From positions 7,638 through 71,637 of the forward strand of contig JAFUOX010000051.1 in assembly GCA_017481725.1 (NCBI GenBank): DNA of 64,000 nt, read 5' to 3'. The position numbers and the translations under genes are program-made. Origin of the DNA: Kiritimatiellia bacterium. GTDB taxonomy: Bacteria; Verrucomicrobiota; Kiritimatiellia; RFP12; UBA3636. Shown one piece after another: positions 58,128 to 64,000 of the stretch (position 1 is the stretch's first letter; each line of letters opens with the position of its first letter). Under the pieces are notes generated by a model. That model did no database searches, was not told where the DNA came from, and worked only from the letters and a program-made list of their open reading frames with translations.

Positions 58128-58496
58128 TTAATATGTGGGAAAAGAATATGGAGATGAAATTTCACCACTTTTTTCTTCAACTTTGTATGTGCCCCATGAA
58201 GGCATACCTCGATCTGTCCAAACTTCATAAGGCACAAGGATATTAAAGTTATGCTCTATTACAGGAATTGTAAAAGTCAAGGAATAAACAATCCAAAACA
58301 ATATGCAAATTTCTCGCTTACGTATCGAGTACACCACCTCAAACAAAGCTAACACTCCAACACATGGTCTAAAATCAAAGAACATACCGTCCGTGTGATT
58401 GCACGGAAATCTAAGTATAATTTCACCTAAATGTAATAGCAAAACACCTAACAACTCATAAAAAATTATATTTGTTTTTGTGAATTTAATATTCAT
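58128..58496 (-). CDS. Small 3-TM membrane protein, paralog of 57692-58024 (candidate immunity protein)
   Basis: 122 aa. SD GAAGGGTGA. Motifs RFPCNHTDGMFFDF and VPYEVWTDRGMPSWGTYKV. Confidence 0.6.
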   Translation of the reverse strand: MNIKFTKTNIIFYELLGVLLLHLGEIILRFPCNHTDGMFFDFRPCVGVLALFEVVYSIRKREICILFWIVYSLTFTIPVIEHNFNILVPYEVWTDRGMPSWGTYKVEEKSGEISSPYSFPTY

Positions 58497-58531
58497 AATA
58501 TATCACCCTTCATTTAGGAAATTTTATGGCT

Positions 58532-58771
58532 CTACTTTTTCGCCTTTTTTCTTGTAAGCCATATAATATTATAAACTAGAGTAAAACAAATAATAATTAG
58601 AGCAACCCAATCTAATATTTTTACCCTCAGAGTTTCTCCTTCAGTAACATATATTGCATGAGAGATTGATAAAATATGTGCTCCAATTAACAACAAAATA
58701 AATGTACATAAAAAACTGAATATTTTGTTGTCGGAATTAAAAATCTTCTTTCTATTCTTATTCCATCCCAT
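58532..58771 (-). CDS. Small 2-TM membrane protein; candidate cognate immunity protein of the decayed toxin
   Basis: The track ORF starts at 58819, but that stretch overlaps the toxin-relic frame. The Met at 58771 (MGWNKNRKKIF...) overlaps the relic's stop (TATGGGATGGAATAA), a typical toxin-immunity coupling. Confidence 0.5.
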   Translation of the reverse strand: MGWNKNRKKIFNSDNKIFSFLCTFILLLIGAHILSISHAIYVTEGETLRVKILDWVALIIICFTLVYNIIWLTRKKAKK

Positions 58772-59424
58772 AATTAATTGCTCCAATCGCCCAGAAAATA
58801 CAATTGTGAAACACTCCATGATAAAATGGTGACTTTTTTATTTCTTCTCGTATCATTTTCAACATTTTTATATCCTGTTCAGGTGTTGAATGGAATGAAA
58901 TTGGTGACTTCAAATGCATCCCATAAGATTCATTAATCGTGCCTTTATCGATAATATTAACTTTAAGATATTCATAAAACTTTGATTAGGACCAAAATCA
59001 AGTGTTATTTCACCTACTTTATACAATTTACCATCATGACATATCCAATCATCTACAGCAACACCAACATGTATTTGTTTTCCTCCTGAACCTCAATAAT
59101 TTAATATGTCAAATTGAGTTATATATCTATTCTTGCCTAATATATCAAAAAACTTATTCCATCATTCTCACAGAACGCATATAGATTGATGCCACCATCT
59201 TCTTCGATTGGGTCGCGGTTAAGCCAACGCATCAGAGTAGGATGATAGAAACGGTAACCATAATAATATAGGCATGTATCTGTGTCAAGATATTTGGTTG
59301 AATAACGATGGCGGAATGTGTTAGCTAGTAAGCCACTTTGTGCGATTGTGTTACCGAATGCATCGTAAGTGTATTGTGCGACCACATTACCATTTGAGTC
59401 TAGGTAATGAGTGCTAATAGACAA
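58758..59424 (-). pseudogene. Orphan, 5'-truncated Rhs/YD-repeat core end fused to a papain-like (His...Cys) C-terminal toxin domain; disrupted by 2 frameshifts and 1 stop
   Basis: Track ORF 59137-59424 reads YTYDAFGN...YLDTDTCLYYYGYRFYHPTLMRWLNRDPIEEDGGINLYAFCENDGIS. After a shift in the A6 run (59147-59152) it continues FDILGKNRYITQFDILNY. After TGA (59093-59095) it reads GSGGKQIHVGVAVDDWICHDGKLYKVGEITLDFGPNQ. After a further shift near 58990 it reads SKFYEYLKVNIIDKGTINESYGMHLKSPISFHSTPEQDIKMLKMIREEIKKSPFYHGVFHNCIFWAIGAINYGME. Confidence 0.65.
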
Positions 59425-59643
59425 ACATCGTTTGAATATGATTTTACTATACTGAAGATAATCCTTTCTTCCTTGCTTGTAGAAAATTGTGATGATTCTA
59501 ATTGACCTACAGAAACAACCCCTTGTGACTCAGCAAAACAACTAACAACAGATTGTCCATAGATTTTTTACCTGAAGATCATCCATGACACACCAATTTC
59601 CTTTTTTGCTCTTGACCTGTCTTAGAAAATCTTTGAAAACTCT

Positions 59644-60276
59644 TCAATTTAAATCAAACAGACCATTGAGTGGCTCTAATAATCCACGGTTCCGATATTC
59701 TTGTGGTGGGAAAAAATATCCACTAATATATAAATACAATGAATTGCTTTTTGTGTTCATACAAATATACATATGAATTACCTTTTTTATTTCGATAGTC
59801 CCTTCTTGGTCAGAATATTTAAATTTTATATTAAAATAATCTTCCCATATAGCTTTTTCATCTTCATGAGGAATACTACTACAAATAATCATTGAAGATA
59901 AATCATAAGTGTTTCCTTGATTTACGTTAATCAAGTTGTTTTTTGAACGAGAATTAATTAAATTAAATAAATCAAGTGACGAAGAATCTGATTCATCAAT
60001 TTTGTATTTAATTAATTGATTACCATCCATTCCTATTGACAACTGTCCATCAATATATGTTAAACAAGAAAAATTTTCCCCAAAAACATTTTCTTGAATT
60101 ATAGAACTTATTTCAGTGTTTTTGCTGATACGAAAATATGTGGTTTGAAACCTCGTTAAAAACCAAAAAACAAAAATAATAATACCAAAGCCAACCACTA
60201 CTATAATCAATGAAATGATTAGATATTTTACCATTTTTTCATACACACTTGGTGGTCGACCAATAAATTTATCCAT
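59644..60276 (-). CDS. N-terminally membrane-anchored protein of unknown function
   Basis: 210 aa. TM helix YLIISLIIVVVGFGIIIFVFWFL. No recognisable motif. AT-rich. Confidence 0.5.
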   Translation of the reverse strand: MDKFIGRPPSVYEKMVKYLIISLIIVVVGFGIIIFVFWFLTRFQTTYFRISKNTEISSIIQENVFGENFSCLTYIDGQLSIGMDGNQLIKYKIDESDSSSLDLFNLINSRSKNNLINVNQGNTYDLSSMIICSSIPHEDEKAIWEDYFNIKFKYSDQEGTIEIKKVIHMYICMNTKSNSLYLYISGYFFPPQEYRNRGLLEPLNGLFDLN

Positions 60277-60422
60277 TTTTGCTCCTTGTTTTATAATTCA
60301 ATTTTTTACGGCTCTATTTTTTTTTCCAATTTAAATAAACATATTTTCTTTTATTGTTGAAGTTATGCAAATGGAATTAGTATCGAATATGGGTAAATTT
60401 ACAGACAAGATACTTGTGTTAT

Positions 60423-61121
60423 CTAAATAGACATATAATGACATATAAAAAATAACAATGCCGTTATAAAAATAATGATTACCCATTCTTTAAAACGCGT
60501 AAAAATTTCCTTATATTTCCAATGCCATATAGGTGTTGGTTCTTCTTTAATTGTATCAATTAATTCCACAGATGATATTGATTTTACTTGTGATATAAGT
60601 GTTTCATAAATCGTTTTATCAATTTGCTCATCATTTGTATAAAAAGAATATGTATAAGACCAATTATATGGATGAGGATTTGGTGAATCAGACCAATTCT
60701 CTAGAGATATTATGCATATTACCTCATTTTCTTTAATTATTCTAATCTCTGTTGGCTCGTCTAACTCATCTACAGAAATATTTGTCTTAGACTTAAAAGT
60801 ATTTTCCCACGAATTAAAAGGAACATATAAACTGCTATTATCTACCTCGACAATTTCTAAATCTGCAGACATATTTACGACTAAATTATTTATAAATTCC
60901 CAAAATATATTGTTATAAGTAATCTCCCAATTATCATAAAAATCCTCCTTTTTAATGATTAAGGCTGTTCGAAACATCTGTTTTTTATGTTCATTTAATT
61001 TTGGTGTAGAACAATAACGATTAAACCCTTTACAAATATATATTTCTATATTCTCGTTCTTAGATAGTCGAGAATGTCTCCTCATTTTATACATATGGTT
61101 TTGATTCAGCTCTTTATACAT
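60423..61121 (-). CDS. Unknown protein: one copy of a novel ~190-aa domain plus a C-terminal TM helix
   Basis: 232 aa. Motifs IYICKGF, FRTALIIKK, LENWSD, YSFYTN shared with both halves of 61106-62284. C-terminal WVIIIFITALLFFICHYM. The start may be Met10 or Met13. Confidence 0.6.
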   Translation of the reverse strand: MYKELNQNHMYKMRRHSRLSKNENIEIYICKGFNRYCSTPKLNEHKKQMFRTALIIKKEDFYDNWEITYNNIFWEFINNLVVNMSADLEIVEVDNSSLYVPFNSWENTFKSKTNISVDELDEPTEIRIIKENEVICIISLENWSDSPNPHPYNWSYTYSFYTNDEQIDKTIYETLISQVKSISSVELIDTIKEEPTPIWHWKYKEIFTRFKEWVIIIFITALLFFICHYMSI

Positions 61122-62284
61122 ATAACGCCAATACCATTTAGGAGATAATTCTTCCGTAATTTCAGAAACGAGTCCAACAATGGAATTATTTCATCAATTA
61201 CCTCTTTAGAAATTATATCATTTGTATGAGTTTCAAAAGTGTAAAATGACAATATATATGATTCCTTATAAAGATCAGAATTATCGCATTCAACGGCAGA
61301 CCAATCTTCTAAAATTGCCTCAGATACAATACTGCCATTTTTTTCAAAATATATCCTTATTGGATAATAAGTGTCAAATTCTTGGTTTTTTGCTTCACAC
61401 GAATTTAGATATTCTGTCAAATCGGAAATGGTTTGCAAATACTTTATTTTTTTTTGCGTGCGGATAAAGCAAGTTGTAGCTAGTGACTTATTGACTATTG
61501 ATAATACTTGAAAAATTAAATCAAGATACAACTCAATACCATCAACAAAAGCCTGTTTTTTAATTATAAACCCTGTTCTAAATAGTGTTTTGTTATTCGT
61601 AAAACTTACTGGTAATGCTACCTTATTATTAAATCCTTTAGAGATGACTACCTCTATTTGTTTTTTGCTTAATAATGAATTTCTTATGGTTGCCCCTCTT
61701 GGTCTTTTGTTCTTCCATAAATTATTTAAGAAAAACCAAATCAAATTAGGTTGCTTAAATTCATCTATCCTTTTTACAATATTCACTGTGTTTGAATTTT
61801 TATTTATAAATTCATTTATATACTTTATGATTTCATTGTTTATATTCTCTTTATTGCTATAGAAGGATAATACCCATGAGCTATTATAAACATCTATCTG
61901 GTCAACATCTGTCCAGTCTTCAACAGATAATATAAAATTTGTGTCTCTGTCTTTTATAAATCTAAATTTGATAGGATTATAGGCTCGTTGAGCTTTGTTT
62001 TTTATAGATCTACTTGATATTAAATCCAGTAAACTATTATATGATTCTAATGCAATATAATTGTTGTTAGAGAATGAGACTTTAACCTTAGTTCCAAATT
62101 TTTCTGCAAAAAATTCAAAAATGGATTTTAAAATGGTATCATATATTGAAAAATCATCTAAAAATGAGCTACTCTTTAAAATAAGAGCTGTTCTAAATTT
62201 AGACTTACGAAATAGATCAATTTTTATTGGAATAAAAAATGGAGAAAAACCTTGGCAAATGTAAGCATTAATCTTATTTTTCAC
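61106..62284 (-). CDS. Unknown protein: two tandem copies of the same novel ~190-aa domain
   Basis: 392 aa with a GTG start. Half 1 motifs: AYICQGF, FRTALILKS, VEDWTD, LSFYSN. Half 2 motifs: VVISKGF, FRTGFIIKK, LEDWSA, LSFYTF. Confidence 0.6.
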   Translation of the reverse strand: MKNKINAYICQGFSPFFIPIKIDLFRKSKFRTALILKSSSFLDDFSIYDTILKSIFEFFAEKFGTKVKVSFSNNNYIALESYNSLLDLISSRSIKNKAQRAYNPIKFRFIKDRDTNFILSVEDWTDVDQIDVYNSSWVLSFYSNKENINNEIIKYINEFINKNSNTVNIVKRIDEFKQPNLIWFFLNNLWKNKRPRGATIRNSLLSKKQIEVVISKGFNNKVALPVSFTNNKTLFRTGFIIKKQAFVDGIELYLDLIFQVLSIVNKSLATTCFIRTQKKIKYLQTISDLTEYLNSCEAKNQEFDTYYPIRIYFEKNGSIVSEAILEDWSAVECDNSDLYKESYILSFYTFETHTNDIISKEVIDEIIPLLDSFLKLRKNYLLNGIGVICIKS

Positions 62285-62391
62285 AACAACCTCGTTTGTT
62301 TATGAGATTTTCTATTGTTGGTTCCCTTGCTTCTCCCAATACATATCTGCTAGAACCACTACCATAAAACCGTAGATAAACATCGCTTAAC

Positions 62392-62814
62392 TCATTTGTA
62401 ATCGTTATTGTCATCATAAAAGTCAGAATACCTTTGATGATAAGAATAAATGTATATATGGTTCTCTTTACCGTATGAATATTGTATTATACCATCATTA
62501 GAATAAAAGCTAAATGGAGAAAAATTATATACCTCTCTCTCATAAATTCCAAATACATTGTTTAATGACAGCCCCTTTTTTTGGCAAATTTTATTTATTA
62601 TATCTGATGGAATGAAAAAATAGTGATTAGGCTTACTTTTTTCCCATTTTTCTATTTCAGGTGCTATAGTTTTAACTTCATCAAATGATATTTCACACAA
62701 TAATCTTGGTTGAAGAGTATTTAAATACAACCAAAGCCAGATATTAACAAAGAGGAGCAAAATACTTATGATAATTTGTTTTTTAGAGAAAATCATTAAA
62801 ATTTTGTGTAACAC
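62392..62814 (-). CDS. N-terminally membrane-anchored protein of unknown function
   Basis: 140 aa. TM helix IIISILLLFVNIWLWLYL. No recognisable motif. Confidence 0.5.
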   Translation of the reverse strand: MLHKILMIFSKKQIIISILLLFVNIWLWLYLNTLQPRLLCEISFDEVKTIAPEIEKWEKSKPNHYFFIPSDIINKICQKKGLSLNNVFGIYEREVYNFSPFSFYSNDGIIQYSYGKENHIYIYSYHQRYSDFYDDNNDYK

Positions 62815-62826
62815 TTTTATCTCCTT

Positions 62827-63279
62827 CTAAAAGTCAACTAACACATAATAGTAATCATAGGATTTAAATTTATCAACAAAAATGTAGCAATCAAGATCAT
62901 ATCCGTCTATTTTATATTCAAAAGCAAAACTTTCTGCAGCAATTGTTGGCTTCCACCATGTAGGCAAAATGCCTAAACTAGGGCAAATACTTAAACTTTG
63001 ATTTGATTTAAATTTGTAAGATAATTCGTTAGAGTCGTTTTTTGAAACTTTTATTTTATAGAATAGATAGCACTCAAAAAGACTAGGATATGAATAATAT
63101 TTTTCAACTATATCATATTGATTAAAAAGTGTTTCAACATTAACCTGAAGATTGGAAAGACGTTCCTGTTTTAATTCTTTTTTATTGTCCGCTGTATTTG
63201 TATATATAACGAAGAGTAAAACTGACAATATAAAAATCATTATTCCTACTATTAAATTATATAAAAAATTATCTTTCAT
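62827..63279 (-). CDS. N-terminally membrane-anchored protein of unknown function
   Basis: 150 aa. TM helix LIVGIMIFILSVLLFVIY. No recognisable motif. Confidence 0.5.
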   Translation of the reverse strand: MKDNFLYNLIVGIMIFILSVLLFVIYTNTADNKKELKQERLSNLQVNVETLFNQYDIVEKYYSYPSLFECYLFYKIKVSKNDSNELSYKFKSNQSLSICPSLGILPTWWKPTIAAESFAFEYKIDGYDLDCYIFVDKFKSYDYYYVLVDF

Positions 63280-63328
63280 CTTCTAGATACTTTACTTATT
63301 AATATTATTTAATTGTGCTTAAGTCTTA

Positions 63329-63937
63329 TTATTCTATGGTGTTTATTGGTAAATGTATTAACCATGGCGGAACATTTGTAATATGAATCCCAGCAATATT
63401 TTCATCAGCAGATATTTCACTAGGTATTTGTGTTATATACATATAGTTCTCTTCTGGCCAATAATCAACACTCAACGCAGTGAAAGATGGAAAAAGTAGT
63501 GTTCTTAGTAATAGATTATCTACCCACTTCGGTGTTACATATAAAAAACCTGAATAATGTTTCTTTTTGTAATCTAAATCATTAATGTTTTTAAATGTTG
63601 AATCCTCAATTTTTCTTTCAAAAGTAGAACATTCTTTTGCGTTCATCCAATGTATCTTTTTATTATTATCATATGCATTAAATTTGAATCCAAACACTAA
63701 ATCACCTTGTGGGATAGCGTAATTTGATGCTTTATACCCATATCGTTTATATTTGTTTTTATAATAATCTAACGGGTATTGAGAGTCAAAATGCTCATTA
63801 ATAATCCAATAATCAAAATTATTAACCTTGTATTTATCTGCTAAATAAATAACGCCTTTTTTAGTAAACATACTAAGGACAATCCAAATGATAGCAAATG
63901 AGAATATAACAAATAATGTCTTATGATTTCGTTTCAT
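63329..63937 (-). CDS. N-terminally membrane-anchored protein of unknown function
   Basis: 202 aa. TM helix LFVIFSFAIIWIVLSMF. No recognisable motif. Confidence 0.5.
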   Translation of the reverse strand: MKRNHKTLFVIFSFAIIWIVLSMFTKKGVIYLADKYKVNNFDYWIINEHFDSQYPLDYYKNKYKRYGYKASNYAIPQGDLVFGFKFNAYDNNKKIHWMNAKECSTFERKIEDSTFKNINDLDYKKKHYSGFLYVTPKWVDNLLLRTLLFPSFTALSVDYWPEENYMYITQIPSEISADENIAGIHITNVPPWLIHLPINTIE

Positions 63938-64000
63938 AATTAGTTTTATTTAACAAATAATGTAGAGTATGAAAAATGTGGACTAGATGCGAAAGATTTT

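Noticed and set aside
59093-59095. In-frame TGA in the toxin relic as possible selenocysteine or read-through recoding
   Set aside because: The same module also needs two frameshifts to be read and lacks an N-terminus. Decay is the simpler explanation, and no SECIS-like hairpin is evident.
59424-59643. Additional upstream Rhs core sequence in other frames
   Set aside because: I translated all three minus-strand frames. Only short open stretches appear, with no YD-repeat pattern, so Rhs similarity appears to begin near 59424.
55245-64000. Prophage or integrative element with recognisable mobility genes
   Set aside because: No integrase, transposase, recombinase or phage structural genes are visible within the window. 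Mobility is inferred only from the tRNA relic and the composition, and it must be checked beyond 64000.

Overview
Bacterial chromosomal window of low-to-moderate G+C. Almost every gene is on the minus strand; the only plus-strand block is 35.4-37.4 kb. Gene content suggests an anaerobic, glycan-degrading organism, possibly from the PVC group, but that is only a taxonomic guess. The relevant genes are an ECF sigma/anti-sigma pair, a zinc-ribbon Ser/Thr kinase, a GspC-like protein, many glycoside hydrolases, rubrerythrin and pyruvate formate-lyase. Core region (1-55.2 kb): hrpA (partial), an MraY-like transferase, tRNA-Arg, map, galK, a phosphohexomutase, GH42 beta-galactosidase, lspA, a DksA/TraR zinc-finger protein with a histone-H1-like repeat tail, a MATE pump, alr, peptidase U32, fabH-plsX-rpmF-yceD, coaD, rsmD, rubrerythrin, an SSF transporter, a Ser/Thr kinase, a TPR protein, SPFH/NfeD, a COG1579 zinc-ribbon protein, rnpB (RNase P RNA), a GspC-like protein, birA, GH38 alpha-mannosidase, an alanine:cation symporter, a sugar-acid type cluster (IclR, enolase-superfamily dehydratase, two GH10-like proteins, RraA-like), an amidotransferase-type hydrolase, an amidohydrolase and pflA/pflB. 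Several core intergenic regions (26.3, 37.4-38.1, 49.6-50.2 kb) carry a G+C-rich composite repeat family with conserved hairpins and 8-nt and 9-nt periodic arrays. Accessory region (55.2-64 kb): it starts at tRNA(CAU) plus a tRNA 3' relic. A G+C-richer SdpI + AbiEi/AbiEii module follows. The rest is a very AT-rich one-strand array of unrecognisable small membrane-anchored proteins, built around a 5'-truncated, frameshifted Rhs C-terminal module. That module carries a His...Cys papain-like toxin relic. The array also contains a tandem 3-TM paralog pair and a novel ~190-aa domain present three times. This array is the best candidate for an undescribed polymorphic toxin/immunity or related conflict system. 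No CRISPR array, integrase or transposase was seen. All compositional statements are by eye, not computed.
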